64,000 nucleotides of DNA, taken from Microbotryum violaceum. Lineage: Eukaryota. Both the position numbers and the translations under genes were made by a program. The notes below the pieces were generated by a model. The model saw only the letters and a list, made by a program, of their open reading frames with translations, was not told the origin of the DNA and made no database searches. The stretch lies in contig CDLV01000009.1 in the NCBI GenBank assembly GCA_001244265.2, positions 1,364,001-1,428,000 of the forward strand, given 5' to 3'. Of this stretch, positions 25,543 through 36,438 are shown piece by piece. Within the stretch, counting starts at the first letter, position 1, and each line of letters starts with the position of its first letter.

Positions 25543-28480
25543 CTATCGGCCCGCGGCCGGTCCACCCGCCTTTGAAGCTGCGAAAACGCCGACGATGACG
25601 ATCCCGAGGAACCCAATACTAGCTGGCAACAAGAGATCCTTGGGGAGGAACCCAAACACGAGCTCATCCCCAGCTGAAGAAGCAACCTTTTTCTTCTGCT
25701 TGCGTTTCAAAGCCGCCGCTGAAGCAGCAGCTTCATCCTCGTCCTCCACGACGGTCTCTTCCGCATCGTCCTCGGCGACTTCGTTGAGCGCTCCGAGAGG
25801 GGAAGCTTTCTTGACTTTCTGACTTGTCGTAGCCAGTTGTTGGGCCGCCGCACGTCTCGCCAATTCCTCGTCCCATCCTTTCCCACCTGTGAGATGCACT
25901 ACGACGCGATCTTTGCCTTGTTTACGAGCGGCCGAAACGGCGTCTTGGACATCCCGATCGGCAGTCATCAGAACTAGATCACCGTCATCGTCCGTGTAGG
26001 AAAGCTTGAAATCCCTTGGATCGGCGGAGGGGGTTTGGACGACTCCTTCTTCTGTTGTCGTGGAAGTAGAAGAGGAGAAGAATGGGTCTGAAGCAAGTTT
26101 ACCGGCGATGATGTCGGTGATGAACTCGTGCGAATCGTAGCGGCCTTGGAAACGATGCGTCGTCCCACCGGGAGCTACGAACTTGAACAAATAAGTTCCA
26201 TCATCGGCGATCGCGGAAGCGGCGGCAGCAGCTCCGATGGAAGAGGCTTGGCCGGGACCTCGTCGACCAACGTCCGAGTTGCCATCATCGACGGCCGAGG
26301 CCGAGTCGTTCGGGAAGAGTTCGGATCCAGGGGTGTCCATACTGTTGTGGGAGCGATGACCCGGTCGAACGGGGGTCTGGAATTGCTGCGAAGGGGACTC
26401 GGAAATACCCGCACCCGAAACCATCGACTCGGTATCGTCGTCTTGGATATCGGCGGCGGCACCAAAGAAACGACCCCACAGAGGACCATTGCCTGAATCG
26501 GCGCCGTTCTCGGCTTCCATCGAGTTGAGCTGCTCGATCGTCGCGTACGTCAACTTGAGCACGTCGACGATACCGAGCAAGGACCCTTCGTCGTCGACGA
26601 TGGGGAGATTCAAATAACGACCGTCGAGCATCTTGCGAAGACCATCCTGAATGCTGTAAGTCGGAAGGGCGACGTCTGGGTGGGGCGTCATGACGCGCAC
26701 GACGCTGCACGTCTTGGGGTCCAAACCGGCCGCGATGACACGGAGAACGACGTCCTTACTCGTGAAGATACCGGCGATCTTACGTCCACCTTCTTCCATG
26801 ACGCAGACGGCTGTCGTCCGGAGCTCACGCATCAACCTCGCCGCTTCGCGCACGGTCGTCTTGACCCCCACGGTCGCGGAAAGCGTACGCGGGTCGAGGA
26901 TACTGCCGAGGTCGCTCGACTTGGTTCGGTCGCGGAGCGCCTGGATATACGCGAGGATAGGGTTCGAGGCGCCACCAAACTGCTCCTGAGCGCCTTCGAC
27001 AGCAGCAGCGAGAGCGTCCGAAGTCCCGGCCTGCTTCTCAAGCTTCTCCAACGAGGCGTGGAAAACCTTGGTGATGTCGAGCAGACCGACAACGTCGCCG
27101 TCTTCGTTGCAGACGGGCAAGTGACGGAAGTGACGAGCGTTCATCGTCTCGAGTGCTTCCGTAGCCGAAGTCGAATCGCGAGTGACGATGGGGTTCGGGG
27201 TCATGATGGCGCTGACGGGCGTATTTCTAGGGTCGAGACCTTCGCCAACGACCCTAAAGGCGAGATCCTTGGCCGAGAAGATACCGCAAAGATGTTCCTC
27301 CTCATCGACGACGAGAACACAATCCGTACGCTTGGCGGCGCACAGCTGACTCGCGTCCGAGACGCTGATCGAATGAGGGACAGTCAATGCGGGAAGCGGT
27401 CGAAGGGCCGAGACAGTGCCCGGTTTGGGACGCGACATGGTGCCCCCGCCTGCGCCGTTGCTACCGTGTTGGGAGCGCTGACTACGCTTGGCCCCTGGTC
27501 GCTTGCGGTTTAGTTCAGATTCGATCTTCTTGCGAATGGCCTGTAGAAGAGGGCGGGTAGTCAGCTACTGGTGCTCGGAAACGGCGACGGAAGTGCACGT
27601 TCCACGCCGCGCTCTAGGAGCGTGTGAGTCAATCAGAGTCACGAGCCGGGAGAATAAGAGCAAGAATGTTGCCCTAATCTAGAACAAGCCCGTGGCCCCA
27701 TCGTCGGGTACAACATGTCTCGCACAGCGAGGACAAGCCCACGGTCGCGGCGCGTGCTCTGCTGACGACTGGTTGCGGCATAACTTCCCCCGTTGCCAGT
27801 CCCGACGTATTCCGCCACCCGATAACGTCTCCTTCGATCATACAGTCCTTCACCTCTCAGAAAAACCTGGGTGAACACGTCATTCTTCCGTGGCAGCGCC
27901 CGCCGAGTGAGGTCGGCCCCGTGAGGACAAAGTTCAGATGCGGGCGTGGCAGCCGAGGCAGCGCACCTGTACACGAGGCGATGCACATCGGATGCCGTGG
28001 CTTTTCTCCAACAGCTCTGATCGTACTACTCCATATTGCCCCGTCATCGCTTCCACCTTCCAACATGGCTGCTCAGGCCCCACTCCGTTCGGCGTCCAGC
28101 TACGACTGTTCGCCCGCATGTCACTCAACCAACCCCACCTCGCTCTCGCCCCGACGACCGACCCCACGAAGAAGGAAAAAACGTAACACTAACCTCATCC
28201 TTCTTGCTCACTCGTTTCCTCGTATCCGCCAAACCTGCATCGCTTTTGAACGGCACAACCACCCATAATCAGCTTCACCATCATTGCCCACCAACCCAAC
28301 TCTGCCAGAGACTAACGAAGACGAAGCGCGCGTCCCCGCTCCCGCCCCGACGCGAGACGAAGGACTGTTGAGGTACGACGCTGACGACGATGACATGACG
28401 CTACCGGTGCTCGTGTCCTTGGAGGTTGGGGTCCCGTTGATTTGGATCGAGGGGGATGAGGGGAGAGGGATGCGGGACAT
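25543..28480 (-). CDS. Protein with four CBS domains, a PB1 domain and a C-terminal transmembrane helix (Mug70-like)
   Basis: LADTRKRVSKKDE/AIRKKIESEL; GTVSALRPLPAL; KRTDCVLVVDEEEHLCGIFSAKDLAFRV; GIFTSKDVVLRVIAAGLDP; PB1 LSYTDDDGDLVLMTADRDV; hydrophobic tail LLLPASIGFLGIVIVGVF. Confidence 0.88.
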
Positions 28481-28767
28481 GTAGTACCGCTTGAGAAGAC
28501 TGGCTTTAGTAAAAGGAGAGCGAAAGCCGAGGCACGGACAGAGAGACGGCGCGTCGTCGTCACAGCTCAATTTGACGCTGGTTAATCTATAACTGGTTGA
28601 TCGATCGACAGAGTTGGACCATTTCCACCAGGCGACCCATAGTCGGCGGAAAAGTATATGTGCTCTACACGACAAGTACACGATCTGTGTTAGCGGACAT
28701 ATATGGTATCGCCCTAAGTCCAAGATCCTCCAACTGTATTCCCCATCCGCGGACCCCTATTAGCCAG

Positions 28768-31257
28768 CTATTCGAATTTGTGGACCTCCAACTCTTGCTT
28801 CTCCGCTTCGATGAACGCCGCGCAATCGCGATGGCTTCGTTCGACGTCGAGGAAAGGTAGGACACCGCACGCCAAGATACCGAGGGCGAAGAGGAAGTAG
28901 AACGAGGCAGAAACATTGTCTAGCCATTGTGAAGGGATAGGGAAGACCGTCAGATCGACTGCGATTCTCCAGGGGCAAGAGACTGTACGAAAGTCGACTC
29001 ACTCGTTCGGTTCGAGATCGCACTCGTCACGAAAGGACCGATGAAAGACGACGATTTGCGATGGTGAAGAGACTGAAGAACAGGAACTCGTGGCCGACGG
29101 GAGTGAATTCGCTGATCATTGTTTGCGAGTACGAGTACCACGTGCTGCCGCCGAGGCCGTAGACGACTAAGGCTCGGGAGGGTTGGGACAAGTTAGATAT
29201 TAGCTATTATGGACAAGCGATCTGCCGCAAGGACTCGCCTACCTTGATACAGCCAAAACTCCCACTTGTCGTGGTAGCCAAACTTAGTCGTCCAGTTACC
29301 GATCATGCCCCAAACGACTGGCGAGAAGAGGGGTCAAAGCAAACACGACGTCAGTCGAGAAGACAGAGAAGAGAGCAGCGGGTAGCAATAGACGACCTAA
29401 GCAAAATGACCGAACCGACGACATAGTGGAACATGCGAGGAATTGAAACCTGCCAGAACTTTTGGATCCTCCAGAAGATGTAGACGCCGGCACCTTGGGC
29501 AACAATTCCGCTGTGGGGAGGACGGCAAGGTCAGGTCGCTCGTCCAGCATGGCAGCCCTTTCGTGTAGTACCGACTTACACCAGAAGCAGCCAGTTGAGC
29601 GTGATCGTATCAAAAGCGACCGTTGCATACTGCAAAGTTGAAATGACGGTCACCTGGCAGAAAAGAGGAGGAGATGATAAACATCAAGCAACACAGTGAC
29701 ATTTCCGAGGAGTGGGGGGAGTACCTCAACTCTGACTCACTCCTGTAGCCAAGACGTCATTGAATAAGAAGTAGAAAGTCTGAAAGCAGAAAGAGGATAG
29801 CTCCGCGTCAGACTTTGCTTCCACTCCGACGGAAAGAGCCGTCGGAAGCCCACTCACAAAGTAGAGCATCGCATCTTGAGCTTGTACATCTTTTCCGCGG
29901 CAATGTAAAGATTCTAGAACCCGACAGTAAAGCAATTCGTCCCGGGAGGTAGGGTACGTCCGGGCCGATGTTTTTCAAGGATGAACCATGGAAGGGCACA
30001 GAGGATCCAGACGGCTGCTGAGTATGCGCTGCGGGAAGCAGAGTTAGAGGTGAACGAACCGAGCACTACAGACCTGGAATCTCATGCACTCGACTTACCA
30101 AACAATCGAGAGGGCTCTTATATTCTGGACCACCGAACCGTTCGCCTTGATCCCATACAGGATCCCAGCCAGGATGAACAAAACGACCACCTCGCCTAGC
30201 GAACAAACTGCGAAAGCGATATTGGACAACCTATTCCTCGACATCATATCGAGCGTGTTGAATGCTTCCAACGTCGTTTCGCCCGCAACTAGATCCCTTT
30301 GCGCTTGTTGCATTTCGGGAAGGTTGCGAGACAGACGAGGGAAAGCCGCCGTCCAGTAGGCAAGGGCACCCTGGTAGGCAATAAGGCCGATGATGTAGAG
30401 CGCCGTAGCGGCTTGCCACTTGTCTGGGGTATCGACTCCGAGCCAGGCAAAGGAGACGGCGATGGCCACGGTCGTCCAGAAGATGAGGATCCAGGGCCTC
30501 CAGGTGCCATAATCCGCATACGATCCGATCATCAGGAAGATGACCTATCGAACCGAAATGAAGACGAGGCTCGACTCAGTTCGGGTTTCGAAAAAAATAT
30601 GGATGGCGTAGCAGACTCACCACTTGGATTGCGAACGAGATACCGTTCGAGACAAGAACCGTGGAGCTGACGTTTCGTTCGGCTTGACCGAAAGCAGGGA
30701 GCACCAAGCGACGGAACTATCACAGGGGTCGTTGGTGCCGAGGTTGTGGCCGGCGTAGTAGAGCAGATTTTGGAACTGCGTGGGGCCAAAGTTGAAGGCT
30801 GGCATTGACGAGGTAGTGGAAGCAAAATTGAAGAAGTGTATCTATTGTGATCTTGTATCATGAAGCAGCGTGACTCACGTCCTAGTCCCGAATTGCCGAT
30901 CTATGATAGGGGGCCAGGGTCCAGACAATCGGGGAAATTGCCGCGGTCGCCGGTTCGGTGGCATGTGGAGGGGGAGGTCCAAGCTAAGTCAGTGCCCGTC
31001 GAAGCAGGAACAAAAGCCATTTCAGTGCTCACATAGTAGACGTAATAGCTCCACAGTTTCCACCTCGTCGTGACCTGTTCAGGATCGGTCTCGATCTCCT
31101 CCAAGACGATGCCACCGGCTGCGACGACTGTTGCTTGAGCGACCCCGCCATTCTTCGCTCGAAGCTGATCGAGGTCGTTGTCGCCGGTCGACGAGTTGCC
31201 CAGGTGATGCTCTTCATCCTTCTTGGCTTGCAAACTCTTCGGCTCCCGATCTTGCAT
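28768..31257 (-). CDS. ATG22: Atg22-family vacuolar amino-acid efflux MFS transporter (many exons)
   Basis: VTTRWKLWSYYVYY; FNFGPTQFQNLLY; IGSYADYGTWRPWILIFWT; YWTAAFPRLSRNLPE; DMMSRNRLSNIAF; EKSRPGQQFR-like loop; KSSSFIGPFVTSAIS; final exon ends ..VHKFE*. Confidence 0.88.
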
Positions 31258-31777
31258 GGTGTCAAGGTGCAGATGTTGGAGCTTGTGGACGAACAAGGAC
31301 TGACTTCTACGCTGGGGGAGTTCGCATCCCCCAGTCGCACTGTCAGAGTGCCAAATCATTCGAACCGAACATCGCGATCGGACTCAGATTACTCATTTGA
31401 TTTACGCTTGAGCTTGAGCGCTATTTGCAATCCACCTCACGCGTCAATCAATCAGAGGGCAGCGCGGTGTCGGGATCATCAATCATGATTGCAACGCAAG
31501 AAAAGCCGCCTATGGTAGGAAGAGACGCAGAGTATAGCAAGAAGATGATATCAAACAGTTGTCCAAAGCCAAGCTAAAAGAAATTTTTGGATGAGGTGGG
31601 AATCGTCAAAGTAGGGGCAGGTAGAGATGCAAAGGCGATTGTTGCAGAGAACGAAAATCGTGAGGCATTGTGACAAGACTAGAGCAGAGAAGACAATGAT
31701 AGGGAGAAGGAAGAGAGGGAAAAGACAGAGAAGAAATGCGAAAGGAAACAGAGAGAGGGGAAGGGCGGAGCGTCGGC

Positions 31778-33445
31778 TCAAGCCCATACCGGGGCCGAGA
31801 CGAAAGGTGCCGCCGCGCCAAGGAGGTAAGACAAGCCGGCAGGGGCGACTGCACCGGATTCCGGTGCACCGGCGGAAAAGCTCCCCTTGCGCGATTGTCC
31901 ACCCCCACGCCGACGTTCACGACTGCGACGCTTGCCGTCTCCCAAAGTAGAACCGTCGTTCGAGCGAGAGGTCGACTTGCTGCCGCCGGCGAGGCCGAGG
32001 AGAACGCCACCTCCAAGGACACCGACTTTGCCACCGCTGTGTTCGGTCAGGGTTCCAGCAAGAGCTTGTTCGCGTGTGCGAGAGGTCGAAGCGGTCGAGG
32101 TCGAGGTGACGTTCGAATGCGCAGATTGGTTAGAGCCGACCGAAGTGACAGACGAGATTGAGGACGAGTGGCCATGGCCCGAGCCCGATCCACCGCGCGT
32201 ACCGCGACGACGAGGCTTGGACGGCGAGGAAGGGGCGCTCCGACTTGAGGACTTAGACGGGCTCGAAGGAACGGCGAGCGTGTGGACCGAATTTGATGAG
32301 CGCGAGCGGGCGTAAACTGGAGCGGCTGGGAAGATGAACGGCGAGGTCGAAGAGCTGCGGTGCGGGAGTGTAGGGTACTTGAACTCGCATGTCTCGGTGG
32401 GAGAAGTCGACAGAGCTCCCCAGGACTTGGCCTCTTCGCCGGAGCTCAACAGGCTCGAGCTGACGCTCTCGGTCGAAGAGAAGATGCCGTCCGAGGTAGA
32501 GCCCTCACTGTCCGATGACTCGCCCATCGATCTATAAGACGACACGGAAGAGCTTATCGATGAGCTGCGACGTTGGTAGAGCTTGGCACCAAGACCCGAG
32601 GGAGAGAGGCAGCTGAAGTCCGATTCCGAGGCGAGCGGGGAAGAGGCGCGCGAAGGGGCACGCAGCGCAGGCGTCGGAGAAAAGACGTCCGCTTCGTTCG
32701 AGAGCATAGGTCGGATGGGCGTAGGAGGGATTATGAAGGGAGATGCCAAAAGTGCGAGGGGACCATTCTTGGAGGACACGGCCCGGACCGCAGGTGAGCA
32801 AGGAGCGGCCGACACCGACGAAGAGGGCATCGACTCGAGCGAGACGACCCGTCGACCAGGGGGCGGTACGATCTGGATCGCCTTGGACGACCTTTTAGTA
32901 GGAGAAAAGGGGCTCGAGATCTGCTCCGGAGTAGGAAGCGAGGAGGACGGCGAAGGCAGTTGAACCGCCTCGAGCTCCGGCGTCGTGATGTTGAACGATC
33001 GAGCGCCCGAGTCCAACTTGGCGAGCTGCAACGCCTGAGGCCGCAATCTTTCAGGAAGCTTTCCCCAGATCTCGATCAGTTGAGAATCTCTTGACGATGA
33101 GCCATCGCCGCGCTCGACGCGCACCGAGACGCAGCCCGGGTCGACCCAGAGCGTCCAACGTTGCCCGAGCCAGATCTTGCCCTGTCCGCTCGCCAGCGCT
33201 CGTTCAACATCGGACCAGCACAAGCCTGACTGTTCAGCGGCTTGGATGATGGAGGCATCGATTGAAGTCGGTGTTCGAACAAGAGCGCGATAACCTGATC
33301 CCAGCTCAGAATCATGAACGTGCCAGTGGCCGTCGAAGCGTTGAGCGAGCGTCGCAGCGAGATTGGAAGCGAACGAAGGCCGCTCTTCCTGGGGCGGAAA
33401 GAAGTCGGACAAGAAGTTGGACACCGCCGATAGTTCTTCCTTCAT
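31778..33445 (-). CDS. BTG/Tob (APRO) domain protein with long Ser-rich disordered tail; intronless
   Basis: N-terminal MKEELSAVSNFL..FASNLAATLAQRFDGHWHVHDSELGSGYRAL (box A-like) and WTLWVDPGCVSVR (box B-like). Confidence 0.8.
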   Translation of the reverse strand: MKEELSAVSNFLSDFFPPQEERPSFASNLAATLAQRFDGHWHVHDSELGSGYRALVRTPTSIDASIIQAAEQSGLCWSDVERALASGQGKIWLGQRWTLWVDPGCVSVRVERGDGSSSRDSQLIEIWGKLPERLRPQALQLAKLDSGARSFNITTPELEAVQLPSPSSSLPTPEQISSPFSPTKRSSKAIQIVPPPGRRVVSLESMPSSSVSAAPCSPAVRAVSSKNGPLALLASPFIIPPTPIRPMLSNEADVFSPTPALRAPSRASSPLASESDFSCLSPSGLGAKLYQRRSSSISSSVSSYRSMGESSDSEGSTSDGIFSSTESVSSSLLSSGEEAKSWGALSTSPTETCEFKYPTLPHRSSSTSPFIFPAAPVYARSRSSNSVHTLAVPSSPSKSSSRSAPSSPSKPRRRGTRGGSGSGHGHSSSISSVTSVGSNQSAHSNVTSTSTASTSRTREQALAGTLTEHSGGKVGVLGGGVLLGLAGGSKSTSRSNDGSTLGDGKRRSRERRRGGGQSRKGSFSAGAPESGAVAPAGLSYLLGAAAPFVSAPVWA

Positions 33446-34063
33446 GTTACTGATGGATCAGGAAGACGTGTGGGTGCGGAGAGATGAGGTTGCGCCGATG
33501 AATGGCCGCAAGAAGAGGCTGACGTGGAGGGGGCGTGGGTCAAATGGGGGTTGCGGTTGAGTGATGACGACGAAGCGGCGGCGGAGGCAGCGAGGTTGTA
33601 CGAAATGCAGCGCGAGGCGGGCACAGAAGAGAGATCGAATATCGTCACTTGAGGATGATGAGACGTCTGCTGAATGACAAGAATTGATAGGCGCATGGTC
33701 AGCCTCGAGCGCCGCGCACGAACAAGGGGCTCCAAGGAACTTGAACGAACAAAGGCCCTTTCCACACGACGACGGATTTATGGCTTGCACGAGTGCGAGG
33801 GGTGTAAACCAAAAGAGTCGAGAACGGGAAGAAAGTCGAAGAGAAAACAAGAAGCAAATGCAATGAGAATGGGGTGAAGCTCACGCGTCGAACGACTCGA
33901 TCGTCGTAGGGCGAAGAGTTGGGTCAGAAGCCAAAGGGACTCGAAGTTCGAGCAGGCCACCCGGCATTGGGGTGCGGGAAGCTCACTCAACTTTTTCCCC
34001 GTGCGCGCGAACACGCTCGATCGCTGTGCGCGGCCGCGCTCGCTCGCTCGCTTTGACCTGTCT

Positions 34064-34659
34064 CAGTCCTGAATTTACGCACCGAGTTCGAATTAGAAAT
34101 GCATGTACGCAGCCTTCAGAGCCGGAAACGGGTGCGAAATCGTCGGACCCCTTAAGACGCCCTCAGTCTGTTGGAGAAGAGCTCAGACTGGTGCGGTCTG
34201 ACATCTGACACCGCCTAAACCAGTATATCGTAGGTACAGCATAGACATCAGACGCTCCCGAAAGATTTCATGCATAGATTCGGCAAAATTTGTTTCAAGA
34301 GGCCGGATGCCGCTGAGATTCGACAAAGTGGCCGGATGCCGCTGAGATTCGACAAAGTGGCCTGGATTCCCTCCGAACGGCTTTGATTCGGCCTGCGGTC
34401 TGAGATCAGTCTGAGATTGCTCTGAAACTGGTCCGAGTGGGCCTGAAGTGTCTGCGGACTTGTCAGCCTTTTCTGGCTATGTTGCTGGCAGGCGTCGGCA
34501 AAATTGCAGATGGGCGTTCAAGCTGACTTCAGTGCCAGCTGCCAGGGATGGTTCTCATGCTACTACAAAGTATGCCACGATTACTTTTTCAATGTGGACC
34601 GTGATCCCAACTGCAGATGTCAGCTCGGTACCTAGCGAGCTGAGCGCGGACTAGGACTG
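34064..34659. mobile_element. Possible non-autonomous DNA transposon remnant (MITE-like)
   Basis: CAGTCCT...AGGACTG inverted ends with loose further similarity. Internal CTGAGATT/TCAGA motif repeats and a perfect 29-bp tandem duplication at 34301-34358. No clean TSD. Confidence 0.3.
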
Positions 34660-35209
34660 CACCGTCGGCCCCCGCTCGCGCGCCCATACATGCACGCATG
34701 GGAAGGTCGGCAGCCTTGTTCGGCCGCGCCGATATCGCTTTCAGGATGAATAATGGCCACCTTGAGGAGGTCTCCCAGCTGTGTTTCAAGTTTGCTTTCT
34801 CGTCTCCCCACAGTCTAAGTCATATCGCTGCCACTACCAGCGTGCGTCGGTATCTCTCTGTTTCTTTTTGTCCTTTCGTAGTAGATTTTTGTCGATTGGG
34901 CCCCGAGCATGACTCAACCGGAGTTGATAGTCACCACGATCTATGAGCGAAAGGTAGAAATGCAAGACATAGAAATGTCTAATGCCCAGGAAGTTCCTAA
35001 GAGGCACTTATAACGTAGATTGACGGAGAAAGTGCGCTTGCGCAGTAAACGTCTGTTAATGCTCCGTTCCCGCCTTTCAACACGATATCACTGGAGCTGT
35101 TGGAGATACCAAAGCATGAGGTACCTATAATTAAAATCATGGAGCAAAATCAAACACGGTTCAAGAAGATTGTCGAGCCGAGTCAAGGTCGCTCAGACCT
35201 AGGTAAGGC

Positions 35210-35452
35210 GGCGATGATGGCGATGATGGCGATGATGGCAATGATGGCGATGATGGCGATGATGGCGATGATGGCGATGATGGCGATGATGGCGATGATG
35301 ATGGCAATAATGGCGATAATGGCGATGATGATGGCGATAATGGCGATAATGGCGATAATGGCGATAATGGCGATAATGGCGATAATGGCGATGATGGCGA
35401 TGATGGCGATGATGATGGCGATAATGGCGATAATGGCGATGGTGGCGATGGT
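35210..35452. repeat. 9-bp minisatellite (GGCGATGAT / GGCGATAAT)n, ~26 units
   Basis: Directly visible tandem array with blocks of GAT-type and AAT-type units and occasional extra GAT triplets. Confidence 0.95.
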
Positions 35453-36438
35453 GTCAATCTTCCTCGTGCATTGACTCGAGCTCTTAAAAACCTTGCATCC
35501 CGTCGACTTTGGACTACTGGAGGTCATCTGGACCTCCGCCATGCAACAATTTGTGCAAGTCCGCCAAGACGGCGGGCAGCTGAAGCCCGACGGTCTCTGC
35601 CACGAAATTCGGGGTTGGCACGCAGTGACTGCGAGAACGTTTTGCTGCGCTTCGATACCGAGATACCTAAGTCACGCTTCTCGGCGGCCGCAACGGAACT
35701 TGGCATCGAGGGGTTGGCGAGTACCCAAGGCGCACAGCCTGAGGGCGCTTGGAGTCAAGCCAAAGCATTTGGAAGGAGGGGGGCGGCGAAGCATGTAACG
35801 AGCGTGATAATTTGAAAGGAGGTATTATGTGGATCTGTTCATGTGTGTTCATTGGTTCATGTATCGATCCTGATCTGTCGGGTATCCGACCGCGGTCCCA
35901 TTCAGTAGCTGAGCAGTTGAAGGACTCGTCGGAGCTTCGACTCGAGTTACAGTAACTTTCCTGCACTTGACAACTGAGCTCGCTGAAGCCACGAGTTGCC
36001 TTGTCGATTTCGACGCAAAATCTTCGGCTGCCACTGACTGGGCACGGCGAGGGTGGTCTCGACGCTGCGGTTCAAGGACTTTGGGTGGCTCTCAGTAGTG
36101 CAGTGCGAGCCAGCTTGTTGAAGTCGTCGGCAAACCTGAAAGATGGTCCGAGCGCGATGCGCGGGTTTGACGCGTTTGCCAAGCAGCACTATTACTGCAG
36201 CACTCGCGACTCGGAGCTGAGGAAGGCTACCATACCCGGGTGCTTCCCCGCGCATCTCTTTCCTCCTGTCTGACATCAAGAATACGCGTCACCCCACAAA
36301 GGCACGATTCTCTGGCTATCGCCAACCTCACACTCCCCCCGCTGTATTACGTCACCGCCGCCGCGCCGTCTTCGACCGGTTGCGCGTCATCGGATCGCCG
36401 ACCCCGCAAGACCGAAATCCCACATCCACACGATCACC

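Noticed and set aside
26680-27513. Long antisense ORFs (e.g. 26680-27513, 57821-58924, 40167-41231, 19678-20496)
   Set aside because: They are shadows of GC-rich coding genes on the opposite strand with no recognisable domains.
34301-34362. 29-bp direct repeats as a CRISPR-like array
   Set aside because: Two adjacent copies with no spacers, in a eukaryotic context.
35100-35542. ORFs reading MAMMAM.., IAIIAI.. or SPSSPS.. as real proteins
   Set aside because: These are frame artefacts of the 9-bp minisatellite with no independent coding support.
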